In this document: piece after piece, positions 39,431-49,529 of the stretch
Position numbering within the stretch: position 1 is the first letter of the stretch
How the letters are laid out: the number at the start of each line of letters is the position of its first letter
Source: Syntrophales bacterium
GTDB lineage: Bacteria; Desulfobacterota; Syntrophia; Syntrophales; UBA2210
Assembly: GCA_963662405.2 (NCBI GenBank)
Contig: CAXXKT010000001.1
Coordinates: forward strand, 2,080,001-2,144,000
Direction of reading: 5' to 3'
Length of the DNA: 64,000 bases
Position numbers and translations under genes: made by a program
The notes under the pieces: model-generated
What the model was told of the DNA's origin: nothing
What the model saw: the letters and a program-made list of their open reading frames with translations, nothing else
Database searches by the model: none

Positions 39431-40498
39431 TTATCCTTTCTGTCGGCAGGAAACGCCTCTGTGTCTCAGGAGGTGGTCCGCCAGGGTGATTGCGACCATG
39501 GCCTCGCAGACGGGGATGATGCGGGGGATCACGCAGAGGTCATGTCGTCCCCTTACCCTTATGGTTACGGGTCTACCCTGTACATCGATAGTCTGCTGCC
39601 CTTGCTCGACGGTAGGGATCGGTTTGCAGGCCACCCGGATGACGATCCGGTCGCCGTTGGTAATGCCCCCCAGGATTCCTCCGGCATTGTTCGTCGTGAA
39701 CCCCTCCGGCCTGATGGGATCGTTGCACAGGGAACCGGTCATCCGCGCTGCCTCAAACCCGGCGCCGATCTCCACCCCCTTCACCGTCCCGATACCCATC
39801 AAGGCCTTCGCCAGGTCGGCGTCGATCTTGTCGAATACCGGTTCTCCCAGACCCGCGGGGCACCCCCTGACGAGGATCTCCACGATCCCGCCGAGGGAAT
39901 CGCCCGTCGCCCGCGCCTCTTCGATTCGGGTCTCCATCCGCCGGGCCGCTTCGTCATCGGGGCAGAGAAGTGGGCTTTGAACAATGCGGTCTGTTGGTGT
40001 GCCCTGAGCCTGGATGCCCCCCAATTCTCTGGTAAAGGCGACGATGGCGATTCCCTCCCGGTCCAGGATTTTCCGGGCAATGGCCCCCGCTGCAACGCGC
40101 GCCGCCGTCTCGCGGCCGGAGGCGCGGCCGCCCCCCCGGTAATCACGAATGCCGTATTTCTTCTGGTAGGTGATATCGGCGTGTCCCGGCCTGAAGAGGT
40201 CACGGATCTCGTCGTAGTCACTGCTGGCGGAGTCTTTATTCTTTATAACCAATGAGATGGGTGTCCCCGTCGTTTGTCCCTTGAAGGTCCCGGAGAGGAC
40301 CTCCACCCGGTCTGTTTCGCGACGTGGCGATTGTCCCCCTCCGCCACCCGGTCTCCTCCGGTCCAGTTCCACCTGTATGTCCTCTTTGGTGATAGGGATG
40401 TGTGGTGGACAGCCGTCAACGACCGCGCCGATAGCGGTGCCGTGGGATTCTCCCCAGGTCGTTACCCTGAAGACCGTTCCAATGGTATTTCCCGACAT
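39431..40498 (-). CDS. aroC: Chorismate synthase
   Basis: GESHG, RPGHAD, GGGRASGRET, GRHD. Confidence 0.97.
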   Translation of the reverse strand: MSGNTIGTVFRVTTWGESHGTAIGAVVDGCPPHIPITKEDIQVELDRRRPGGGGGQSPRRETDRVEVLSGTFKGQTTGTPISLVIKNKDSASSDYDEIRDLFRPGHADITYQKKYGIRDYRGGGRASGRETAARVAAGAIARKILDREGIAIVAFTRELGGIQAQGTPTDRIVQSPLLCPDDEAARRMETRIEEARATGDSLGGIVEILVRGCPAGLGEPVFDKIDADLAKALMGIGTVKGVEIGAGFEAARMTGSLCNDPIRPEGFTTNNAGGILGGITNGDRIVIRVACKPIPTVEQGQQTIDVQGRPVTIRVRGRHDLCVIPRIIPVCEAMVAITLADHLLRHRGVSCRQKG

Positions 40499-40500
40499 AT

Positions 40501-41022
40501 TCACTCCTTGCTCAAAAAAAGACAGATTTCATCGGTAATTTCGTTAATCCCCTTGTTCGAGGTATCGATGGTCAGGGCGGCCAGTTCGCGGTAGACGGGC
40601 TCTCTTTCCTGTGTCATCTCAATCACTTCCGCTTTGATGTCGTTTCCTGACAGGGAGGGGCGCTGGTCGGTGTTCTTCAGATCGGAACGCATTCGCTCCA
40701 CGATTGTCTCAACGTCGGCGGTGAGCCGGATGAAAAGGCCGTTTTTCCGCAGTGCCGCTCGGTTCCGAGGATCTTCGAGTGCCCCCCCGCCCGGCGCGAT
40801 GATGGTTCTCTCCGTAGATACGAGCCCCTCGATCACCTCACGTTCCTTCCGCCGGAAGAGTGGCCACCCCCCCTCCCGGACGATTTCGTCGATCGACATG
40901 CCCGCATCCAGTATGACCAGTCCGTCGGTGTCGATGAAGGGGAGACCGAACCGCTCCGCCAGTTTCGTGCCGACGGTCGTCTTCCCCGTGCAGCGGTAGC
41001 CGATCAGTATGATATTCTTCAT
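40501..41022 (-). CDS. aroK: Shikimate kinase
   Basis: GYRCTGKTT, FRRKE, GGG, RP. Confidence 0.93.
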   Translation of the reverse strand: MKNIILIGYRCTGKTTVGTKLAERFGLPFIDTDGLVILDAGMSIDEIVREGGWPLFRRKEREVIEGLVSTERTIIAPGGGALEDPRNRAALRKNGLFIRLTADVETIVERMRSDLKNTDQRPSLSGNDIKAEVIEMTQEREPVYRELAALTIDTSNKGINEITDEICLFLSKE

Positions 41023-42284
41023 GGGTAGAGCCGCTCCATCTCATCCCAGAATTCCGGGAACGATTTGCCGACGCACGCCTCGTTTTCGATTGCCATCCCC
41101 TCCGCTGCGAGTCCTGCCACGGCGAAACTCATGGCGATCCGGTGATCGTTATACGTCTCAATCCGGGCGCCGTGCGGATTACCCCCTTCGATGACAAGGC
41201 CGTCTTCGCGCTCCCTGGCGTCGATCCCGATCCGATTCAATTCAGTGACGAGGGCGGCGATTCGGTCGCTCTCCTTGAGGCGCAGGTGCGAGGCGCCCGT
41301 GATCACGGTTCGTCCGGGTCTGAATGCCGACAGGACGGCGAGCGTCGGTACCAGGTCGGGCATTTTACCCATATCGAACTGGAAGTCGCCCGCATGGAGG
41401 GAATCCCCCCTGACCTCCACCCAGTCCTTCCCCTTTTTGACAACACAGCCGAGGCGTTTCACGATCTCCAGGAGACCGATATCTCCCTGCATCGTGTCGG
41501 GGTTGATATTGAGGATTCGAACCTTTCCCCGGCACAGGGCCGCCGCCAGGAAGAAATACGAGGCGCTCGATACATCCCCTTCGATTGCGTACTCGCGCCC
41601 GGCGTATCGCTGTCCCGCCCGCACGAGGTACGCCCCGCCCGTCCCCGTCGTAACCTCCACACCGAAGTCACGCATAGCCGCCGCGGTCATGTCGATGTAG
41701 GGGAGGGAAACGGTTTCTCCCCGCAGTTCAACGACCACGTCCTCCTGCGCATAGGGGGCGCCGATCAGGAGGGAAGAGATATACTGGCTGCTCCGGGTGT
41801 CGGTAAAGACCGCCCTTCCTCCCCGGAACTCACCGCCTTCGATCACGACGGGGGGACAGCCGTTGCCGTTCGTGCTGTGGCAGGAGACCCCCAGCCCCCG
41901 GAGGGCGTCGATGAGTGGTTCCAGCGGTCGCTCCCTGAGGCGGTCGCTGCCGTCCAGCGTGACCCCGCCCTCGGAGAGAGACACCAGCGTCGTGAGAAAC
42001 CGCAGGGCGGTGCCGTTGTTCCCCAGGAACAGTGTCTTCCCGGGATTTTGAACGGCTCCACCCGTGCCGATGACCCTGATATCGCTGTCGCAGGCGAGAA
42101 TGCCGGCGCCAAGGGATCGGAGGGCCTCCATCAGATAGGCGGTGTCCTCGGAGATCAGGGCATGGCGCAGGAGGGATCTTCCCTCTGCCAGCGAGGCGAT
42201 GATAAGGGCCCGCTGGGTATAACTCTTCGAGCCGGGAACGCTCACCGTCGCGTCCAGTTTGTTCACTGTCCTAATCCGTCTCAT
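41019..42284 (-). CDS. aroA: EPSP synthase
   Basis: PGSKS, SSQY, RLKESDR, DHRIAM. Confidence 0.97.
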   Translation of the reverse strand: MRRIRTVNKLDATVSVPGSKSYTQRALIIASLAEGRSLLRHALISEDTAYLMEALRSLGAGILACDSDIRVIGTGGAVQNPGKTLFLGNNGTALRFLTTLVSLSEGGVTLDGSDRLRERPLEPLIDALRGLGVSCHSTNGNGCPPVVIEGGEFRGGRAVFTDTRSSQYISSLLIGAPYAQEDVVVELRGETVSLPYIDMTAAAMRDFGVEVTTGTGGAYLVRAGQRYAGREYAIEGDVSSASYFFLAAALCRGKVRILNINPDTMQGDIGLLEIVKRLGCVVKKGKDWVEVRGDSLHAGDFQFDMGKMPDLVPTLAVLSAFRPGRTVITGASHLRLKESDRIAALVTELNRIGIDAREREDGLVIEGGNPHGARIETYNDHRIAMSFAVAGLAAEGMAIENEACVGKSFPEFWDEMERLYP

Positions 42285-43089
42285 TTCTCAGCTTCTCCCG
42301 GACCACCTGTTCCATGAGTTCCGTGGGAGGCTCCGCTCCCATCCACGTGCGTATCTGCTCGGTCCCCTGATGGACGAACATGGCGACCCCCGATATGGTC
42401 CGGCACCCCGCCTCGGTTGCTTCTCGCAGGAGACGCGTTTCCAAGGGATTGTAGATCATATCCATGACGCAGCTGAAATGCGGCAGGATCTCTCCGGCCA
42501 CGGGGGAAACGTCCGTATAGGGGAACATCCCCACCGGCGTCGTATTGATGAGACCGTCGGCAATGAACGTTCCCACCTGATCGATGGGATAAAAATCGCA
42601 CCCGAATTCTTGTGCGATCTCTTTCCCCCTCTCCGGTGTCCGGTTCATGACAACGGGGATACCCCTTTCGTGCTGGATGCCGTAGACGGCCGCCCGAGCG
42701 GCCCCTCCCGCTCCCAGGATGACGATCCGTTTCCCCGCGATGTCGATCTTTTCTTTCAGGGCATGGATCAGGCCGGTCCAGTCGGTGTTGTCTCCCCGGA
42801 GCCTGTCGTTCTCCCGCGTGACGGTGTTTATCGCCCCGATTCGCTCTGCGCTGGCGCTGATTGTATCGAGGTACGGCATGACGGCGGTCTTGTGGGGGAT
42901 CGTGATGCTTGCCCCCGTGATGTCCCGTTTTTTCATCTCCTCCGGTATCTCTCGGGCGTTTTCCACCCGGATTGCCCGATAGGAGGCGTCGAGACCCATT
43001 TCCCGGAACGCCGCGCCGTGCATCAGAGGTGAAAGACTATGCCCCACCGGATTGCCGAAGAGGGCGAATCTGAGTGAATTATGCACCAT
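42271..43089 (-). CDS. aroE: Shikimate dehydrogenase
   Basis: HSLSP, TIPHK, NTD, GAGGAA. Confidence 0.96.
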   Translation of the reverse strand: MVHNSLRFALFGNPVGHSLSPLMHGAAFREMGLDASYRAIRVENAREIPEEMKKRDITGASITIPHKTAVMPYLDTISASAERIGAINTVTRENDRLRGDNTDWTGLIHALKEKIDIAGKRIVILGAGGAARAAVYGIQHERGIPVVMNRTPERGKEIAQEFGCDFYPIDQVGTFIADGLINTTPVGMFPYTDVSPVAGEILPHFSCVMDMIYNPLETRLLREATEAGCRTISGVAMFVHQGTEQIRTWMGAEPPTELMEQVVREKLRNETD

Positions 43090-43765
43090 TTCCCAGTATC
43101 CTCAATATCTCCTGCATCTCGGGGGCGGTCAGTTGCCCCGGTGCGGACTCTTCCCCTTCTCCGAGGGCAGCAAAGGTCAGGTACGACCCGATAAGGGGCG
43201 CCATGACCCGGCTTATCGCTCCCCTTTCCCTCATGCAGAGGGCAATGATGTCATGGCCGTTTTCCCGCGCCCAGGCGATCAGTCGCAGGATTATCAGGTT
43301 GTCTTCCATCGAATCGGCACTGGTGACGATCTTGACGATGTCTGCACCCCGTGCGGCGCACCGGGTGCAGAGGTCCTGCAACGTCCGAAACGGAGGTGTC
43401 CCGGTGAAATCGTGTGAGGAAACGATCAGTTTCGTGCGGTTCCCCTCCCGGAGTATCTCTTCCACGAGCATTGCCGTAAGGGCCTCATCGGTGCCGAGTT
43501 CCACATCGACCAGGTCCGCCCCCATCCGGACGGCCTGGCGCAGGAGGGCAATCCGCTCCGTCTCGCTCCCTCTGAAGTGCCCCCCCTCCGCCTTGCTGCG
43601 CGCGGTGACGAGGAACCGTCCCTTCTTGACGGAGAGGAGCTTCTCCAAGTCGACTTCCTCGATGAAGTCAATCCTGAGTTCCACGAGATCGGCCTGCGGA
43701 AGGGCGACGGCCATCCGTTCCAGGGCACGTTCATTCGTTGTCGCAACGATCGGTATGCAGATCAT
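43079..43765 (-). CDS. aroD: Type I 3-dehydroquinate dehydratase
   Basis: ELRID, EGG, SSHDF, DIVK, SAPGQ. Confidence 0.95.
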   Translation of the reverse strand: MICIPIVATTNERALERMAVALPQADLVELRIDFIEEVDLEKLLSVKKGRFLVTARSKAEGGHFRGSETERIALLRQAVRMGADLVDVELGTDEALTAMLVEEILREGNRTKLIVSSHDFTGTPPFRTLQDLCTRCAARGADIVKIVTSADSMEDNLIILRLIAWARENGHDIIALCMRERGAISRVMAPLIGSYLTFAALGEGEESAPGQLTAPEMQEILRILGNGA

Positions 43766-44844
43766 GGCTGTGGATCTCCGATCGGGTATGAACCCAGTAT
43801 CTTGATAAAGGTGGCATGCCGTTCGAGATCCTCAAGACATTCCCGGATCTTTGTTTCCCGGACATGGCCTTTGAAGTCGACGAAGAAGAGATATTCCCAC
43901 ATCCGTCCCTTGATGGGGTATGACTCGATCTTCATCAGGTTGATCTCCTTTTCGGCAAAGGGTTGCAGCGAATTATGCAACGCGCCCGGCATATGCCGGG
44001 TTCCCATCAAAATGGATGTCTTGTCCTTCCCCGTCGGCTCGTTTGTTCCCCTCCCGATGATGAGAAACCGGGTGGCGTTCGAAGGGTTGTCTTCAATCCC
44101 TTCGGCGATGACGGTCAGCCCATACAACTCCGCGGCGCCGCTGCTGCCGATAGCGGCGGCCTCATCATCTTCCATCACCTTCCGGGCCGCATTGGCCGTA
44201 CTGTCCGTTTCGTGGAGGGAACAGCGGGGAAGATGCTTCCTGATCCATTCCTGACACTGGGCGAGGGCCTGGGGGTGGGAATAGATCCGTTTGAGCCCGT
44301 CCGCTTCGGATCGCTTTGCCAGGAGCGCATGGCTGACCCGAAGATATACCTCCCCCATGATATGGAGTGGGGTTTCAAGGAGTCTGTCCAGTGTCAGCTT
44401 GACGGTTCCTTCCAGCGAATTCTCGACGGGGACAACCCCGCAGTTAGCCTTTCCCCGTTCCACCTGATCGAAGACCTCACGAATCGTCGGTTGAGGAGAA
44501 AGCCCCGTGCTTTTCCCGAAATGTGATTCGGCCGCCGCATGGGTGAATGATCCCTCAGGCCCCAGATATGCCGCCGTCAGGGGAGCCTGAAGGGCGCGTG
44601 AAGCGGACAGTATCTCGGTGAAAATCCCCCGCAGTGCTCTTTCCGTCAGGGGGCCTCCATTGATCTCCCCCAGTCGGGCATAGATACGGCTCTCCTGTGA
44701 CGGGTCGTATACCGACCGTCCCTCTCTCTGTTTTGTCTCCCCGATCGCAAGCGATATGCGGGCCCGTTCGTTCAGGAGCCCGACGATCTCTTCATCTTTG
44801 ACCTTCAGGTGATCCCTCAGGCTGTCGAGCGATTCGGATGTCAT
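43762..44844 (-). CDS. pheA: Chorismate mutase / prephenate dehydratase
   Basis: YLGPEGSF, PVENS, SHPQALAQC, TRF, ACT domain. Confidence 0.95.
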   Translation of the reverse strand: MTSESLDSLRDHLKVKDEEIVGLLNERARISLAIGETKQREGRSVYDPSQESRIYARLGEINGGPLTERALRGIFTEILSASRALQAPLTAAYLGPEGSFTHAAAESHFGKSTGLSPQPTIREVFDQVERGKANCGVVPVENSLEGTVKLTLDRLLETPLHIMGEVYLRVSHALLAKRSEADGLKRIYSHPQALAQCQEWIRKHLPRCSLHETDSTANAARKVMEDDEAAAIGSSGAAELYGLTVIAEGIEDNPSNATRFLIIGRGTNEPTGKDKTSILMGTRHMPGALHNSLQPFAEKEINLMKIESYPIKGRMWEYLFFVDFKGHVRETKIRECLEDLERHATFIKILGSYPIGDPQP

Positions 44845-45935
44845 TGTTTCAGTTCCTCGATGGTTTCGCGGATAAGCGTGTCATCTACCGAGCCGTTGAT
44901 AAAGGGCGTCCCGATCTTTTTTAATAGAACGAAGTGGACGGTCTCTCCCTCCTTTTTCTTGTCCGTCCCGATCTTCGCGAGGATCCCCTCGGTGTCGATC
45001 GACTCGGGGATGTGATCGGCAAGACCGACGGATCGGACAAGGCCCCGTATCCGCTCCGCCTCCCGGGCCGGGAGATATTTCATCCGCTGAGATATACGGG
45101 CCACGGCGATCATTCCCGTCGCGACGGCATTCCCGTGGGAGATTGTATATCCCGACACCGCCTCGACGGCGTGTCCGATGGTGTGGCCGAAGTTGAGGAT
45201 ACGGCGTACTCCGATATCCTTTTCGTCGATCTCGACGATCCCTTTTTTGATCTTGCATGACCGCTCGATGATCATCTGGAGCAGGTCGGGATCCCGGGTT
45301 TTGATGGCGTCATATTTTTCTTCCAGGAGGGTGAAGAGTTCGGCGTCATCGATGATCCCGTACTTGATGATCTCCGCCAGCCCATTGGTGAACTCTTCCT
45401 CCGGAAGGGTCTCCAGGAACCGGAGGTCTATGAAGATCGCCTGCGGCTGAAAGAAGCTCCCCAGGAGATTTTTACCCTCCGGGAGATCGACACCCGTCTT
45501 GCCGCCGATGCCGCTGTCCACCTGAGCCATGAGGGTGGTCGGCACCTGTATGAAGGGTATCCCCCGCATGTATATGGAGGCGATGAATCCGGTCATGTCG
45601 CCGGTGACGCCCCCCCCGAGTGCGATCAATCCCGAGCTCCTGTCGACACCCCGGGTGATCAGTTCCCTGATGATGGTGAAGGCCGTTTCCATATTCTTGG
45701 ACGCCTCCCCGGCCGGGAACTCGATCAGGTCGGCCTTGACCCCTACCTCTTTCAACAGGCCGAGGAATTCTTCCCCGTACAGCGCTGATACGGTGGAATC
45801 GGTGATGACGGTATACCGATCGGCTATCTTTCCCTTCGCGATGACGAGTCCGATGCGATCGAGGATCCCGTGACCGATACGGATCTCGTGAGATGAGAGC
45901 ATCTGCTTGTCGAGATTGACCTTGATCTTTTTCAT
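44841..45935 (-). CDS. aroB: 3-dehydroquinate synthase
   Basis: GGGVTGD, PTTL, GGKTG, LNFGHTIGHA. Confidence 0.97.
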   Translation of the reverse strand: MKKIKVNLDKQMLSSHEIRIGHGILDRIGLVIAKGKIADRYTVITDSTVSALYGEEFLGLLKEVGVKADLIEFPAGEASKNMETAFTIIRELITRGVDRSSGLIALGGGVTGDMTGFIASIYMRGIPFIQVPTTLMAQVDSGIGGKTGVDLPEGKNLLGSFFQPQAIFIDLRFLETLPEEEFTNGLAEIIKYGIIDDAELFTLLEEKYDAIKTRDPDLLQMIIERSCKIKKGIVEIDEKDIGVRRILNFGHTIGHAVEAVSGYTISHGNAVATGMIAVARISQRMKYLPAREAERIRGLVRSVGLADHIPESIDTEGILAKIGTDKKKEGETVHFVLLKKIGTPFINGSVDDTLIRETIEELKQ

Positions 45936-46960
45936 GCCGACGCCGGTGCCCCTTTCCGTATGAGTTGTTCGAGTGCCCGTATATCTTCCATCAACTGGTA
46001 GAACTTTTCCGGTTTCAGTGACTGATTTCCATCGGAGACGGCCTTCCCCGGGTCGGGATGTACCTCGATCATGACGCCGTCCGCCCCCACCGCGAGGGCT
46101 CCTCTCGTCAGGGGGAGTATATATTTCCAGTTCCCCGCCGCATGGCTGGGGTCGACGATCACCGGGAGGTGCGAAAGCTCCTTCAGGACCGGGACGGCGC
46201 TGATGTCGAGGGTATTCCTCGTTGCCGTCTCAAAGGTCCGGATCCCCCGCTCGCACAGGATGACGTCGTCATTCCCCGATGAGAGGATGTATTCCGCCGA
46301 CATGAGGAACTCTTCGATGGTTGTCATCATCCCCCGCTTGAGGAGAACCGGTTTCTTCGCTTTTCCCACCTTCTTCAGGAGGGCGAAGTTCTGGACGTTT
46401 CGCGCCCCGATCTGGAGGATATCGACGTACTCTTCGACGAGATCCACATCGGTGGTATTGATCACCTCGGTGATGACGGGGATCCCCGTCTTATCCCCCG
46501 CCTTTCTCAGGAGCTTCAGACCCTCTTCCTCCATTCCCTGGAAACTGTATGGTGACGTCCGCGGCTTGAAGGCCCCGCCCCTGATGATGTTCGCGCCTCC
46601 CTTTTGGGCGATGAAGGCGCTCTCCATCATCTGCTCCGGGCTCTCGATCGAGCAGGGGCCCGCCATGACGACAAACTCCGGACCACCGATTTCCAGGGGA
46701 CCGACACGGATAACGGTTCTCCCCTCGCGCGACTCGCGGCTGGCCAGCTTGTAAGGTTTCAAGATGGGGATCGTTTTGTCAACTCCCGAGAGGGATTCGA
46801 CAAAACGCAGATTTTCCTTGCCCCGGTTGTCTCCCACGGCCCCGATAATGGTCCGTTCAATCCCGTGGGAGGGGTGGGTCGTGTAGCCGACCGATTCAAC
46901 CCAGTCGATCGTATTCTTGATCTGTTCCTCTGTTGCGTTTTTCTTCATCACGATAATCAC
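45932..46960 (-). CDS. aroF: DAHP synthase, class I-beta
   Basis: AGPCS, KPRTSPY, IGARN, ERG, DPSH. Confidence 0.95.
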   Translation of the reverse strand: MIIVMKKNATEEQIKNTIDWVESVGYTTHPSHGIERTIIGAVGDNRGKENLRFVESLSGVDKTIPILKPYKLASRESREGRTVIRVGPLEIGGPEFVVMAGPCSIESPEQMMESAFIAQKGGANIIRGGAFKPRTSPYSFQGMEEEGLKLLRKAGDKTGIPVITEVINTTDVDLVEEYVDILQIGARNVQNFALLKKVGKAKKPVLLKRGMMTTIEEFLMSAEYILSSGNDDVILCERGIRTFETATRNTLDISAVPVLKELSHLPVIVDPSHAAGNWKYILPLTRGALAVGADGVMIEVHPDPGKAVSDGNQSLKPEKFYQLMEDIRALEQLIRKGAPASA

Positions 46961-46978
46961 TCTTCGTATCCTCCTGTG

Positions 46979-47069
46979 AAAAATAAAAGGGCCATGGTGA
47001 AGCCGATTTCACCATGGCCCTGGAAACAAAAAAGCCACGGTGCAGACCTTCGGTCTGCCCATGGCTTTC
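46979..47069 (-). terminator. Two tandem attenuator terminators of the aro operon
   Basis: Minus strand AAAGCCATGGGCAGACC-GAA-GGTCTGCACCGTGGCTTTTTT and GGGCCATGGTGAA...TTCACCATGGCCC-TTTT. Confidence 0.85.
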
Positions 47070-47089
47070 GCTTTTGTATGTTCTGAAGG

Positions 47090-47176
47090 TTAGCTACTCA
47101 TAAGCGATGGGCACACCGATCCGCCGAAATAAAAATAGCTAAACCAATAAGTAAGATTCATTGTACCGCCCATCAT
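47090..47176 (-). CDS. aro operon leader peptide (MMGGTMNLTYWFSYFYFGGSVCPSLMSS)
   Basis: 7 aromatic codons in 8 positions; lies just upstream of the terminators. Confidence 0.85.
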   Translation of the reverse strand: MMGGTMNLTYWFSYFYFGGSVCPSLMSS

Positions 47177-47269
47177 GAAACAACCTTTCAAGATTCGTCA
47201 CAGCTATATTTCATACTTTCAAATGATTGTCAAGAGAAAAATCATGATTATCGGGAACACCGAAACCGT

Positions 47270-47690
47270 CCGGGTTTGGAGCACGTAATCTGTGTTTTGA
47301 TAGGCAGTGCCCTGGATGCGGCTGAAGCAGGGATTCACGCGATTTGTTGATATGCAGGATGTGAAGTGATGGTGTTAAGCGTACCACGTGATCATATACA
47401 TATCGGCGTGATGATCCCCTCAAAGGTGTCGATGTGGAGTTTGACAGGGCCGGTTAAGGGACAGATATCGATGAAATTTTCGATAATTGAGAAAACCCTC
47501 TTGGGCGTGCCATTTTTTGGTGAAGGGATATTGTGTTGATACGGTTGGTTGACATGCCGAGATGATTCGGCAAGATGCCCGGTATCAGGAGAAGAAAGAG
47601 AGGGAAGGGGAGCAACTGAGCTTAAATAACTATAAGTCGCACGATGCGGTACGACTCGTTGGTCCCGTTTCCCGGGGACCGGGGCATATT
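47270..47690 (+). pseudogene. Decayed IS200/IS605 TnpA
   Basis: Fragments DHIHI..MIP and KGYCVDTVG*..EMIR...YQEK with stops and frameshifts; GC hairpin near 47661; ends approximate. Confidence 0.7.
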
Positions 47691-47951
47691 GTCCCCAGTC
47701 TGATAAACACAATAGATTGTCGATGCTTTTTTGCCCAACCGGTTGGCCAGCTCTCTTTGTCCCGAACAATGACGGGCTCTTTCGGATCCCGTGGCATGTA
47801 CCATTGCTTTTTCCGTAAAGAGTACTGTACCTCTGAACGAGTTCATAATCGATAGTCAGGAGATAATATGTGCTTCTGACGGTTTATATAATTTTGTTGA
47901 CACCGACGAATGTGCTAAGGGGAAGGGATATATATGAGAAAGGAGAAAGGT

Positions 47952-49256
47952 ATGAGCCATAGCACTGAATACCGGAAAAAACTGACCACGGCACAGGATG
48001 CCGTTGCTCCTATCAAAAACGGCGACACCATCGTTCATGGACTGACTATTGCGGAGCCGCCCGCGCTCCTTGCGGCCGTTGCCGACCGGGCACGGGCCGG
48101 TGACCTCACGGGAATCAAGGTCTATTCGCTGCTTCCCCTCGCGCATGCCGCGAAGACGGTGCTGGCGCCGGATCTCAGCGATTGCATTGATGCCTATACC
48201 TGGTTTGTCAGTGCCCAGGACCGGGGAATGGTGCGAGTGGGACTTGACAATTTTGTTCCCAATTACTTTCATCAGGTCCCCCGGCTCTGCCGCGAGTTCA
48301 TGGAGATCGACTGGATGGTGACGACGGTTTCTCCCATGGACAAGGCGGGGTTTTTCAGCTTCGGGACGGCAAACGATTTTACCTCGACGGCGGCCCGACA
48401 CTGCAGACACCTTGTCGTGGAGGTCAATGAACTGATGCCCCGTGTCTTTGGTGATTCTCTCCTCCATATCTCCGAGGTCGATGCCATCGTCGAAAACACG
48501 CATCCCCTTCTGGAAATGGGCCTCGGTGAACCGAAGCCCGAGGCGGAGACGATCGGACGCATCATCACCGAGATGGTTCCGGACGGGGCAACACTTCAGC
48601 TCGGCTTCGGGGCGATTCCCAATGCCGTCGCGGCGTATCTTTCAGATCACAAGGATCTGGGTATTCACACGGAACTCTTTGTCCCGGGCATGGTGAACCT
48701 GATCGAGGCGGGAGTGGTAACGGGGCGGAAAAAGACCCTCCATCCGCTGAAGCATGTCTTTACCGTGGCTCAGGGGGACACCCGTATGTACGAGTTCATG
48801 GACGACAACCCCAGTATGGAGAGCTATCCGGTTTCCTATACCAACGATCCGGCCGTGATCGCACGAAACGACCGTATGATTTCCATTAATTCCATATTGG
48901 AAGTGGATCTGCTGGGACAGGCCAACGCGGAATTCCTGGAAGGGGCACAGTACAGCGGCACGGGAGGGCAGCTTGATTTCGTTCGGGGAGCGTTTAATTC
49001 CAGGAATGGAAAATCGATTCTCGCTTTCTATTCGACGGCGGAGAATGGGGCTATTTCACGCATTGTTCCGCGGTTCGCGTCCGGAACGGTGGTCACCACG
49101 CCGCGGATGGATGTCCATTACCTGGTGACCGAATACGGGGCCGTCAACCTGAAGGGAAAATCCATCCGGGAGCGTGCCCTTGCCATTATCGGTATCGCCC
49201 ACCCCGATTTCCGGGATGATCTCCTGCGCCAGGCGGAGGACCTCTATCTCGTCTAG
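47952..49256 (+). CDS. Acetyl-CoA hydrolase / 4-hydroxybutyrate CoA-transferase family
   Basis: LQLGFGAIP, HTE, SGTGGQLDF, VTEYG, IAHPDFR. Confidence 0.93.
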   Translation: MSHSTEYRKKLTTAQDAVAPIKNGDTIVHGLTIAEPPALLAAVADRARAGDLTGIKVYSLLPLAHAAKTVLAPDLSDCIDAYTWFVSAQDRGMVRVGLDNFVPNYFHQVPRLCREFMEIDWMVTTVSPMDKAGFFSFGTANDFTSTAARHCRHLVVEVNELMPRVFGDSLLHISEVDAIVENTHPLLEMGLGEPKPEAETIGRIITEMVPDGATLQLGFGAIPNAVAAYLSDHKDLGIHTELFVPGMVNLIEAGVVTGRKKTLHPLKHVFTVAQGDTRMYEFMDDNPSMESYPVSYTNDPAVIARNDRMISINSILEVDLLGQANAEFLEGAQYSGTGGQLDFVRGAFNSRNGKSILAFYSTAENGAISRIVPRFASGTVVTTPRMDVHYLVTEYGAVNLKGKSIRERALAIIGIAHPDFRDDLLRQAEDLYLV

Positions 49257-49529
49257 GCGTCCGCAGAGCTCGCAATTCTTGTGGTGCCTTTTGAAGAGGT
49301 GACAGTGATCCTCCCTGGAGACAGCGCAGGGAGGTGATTCTGTTTCAACCAATGGAGGAATCGCCGGGTCCGATATTTTTGTGTCCAATATTTTCTTGAC
49401 ATGCGAGGGAGGAGCCGCTTACACTGCCTCTGTTTGTTTTGTCGGGGGACGATCATCAACAGGGAAAAACCGATACATAATCAAAAGCGAGTCCGGCTTA
49501 GTCAATCGAACTGAAAGGGAGGCACAGTT

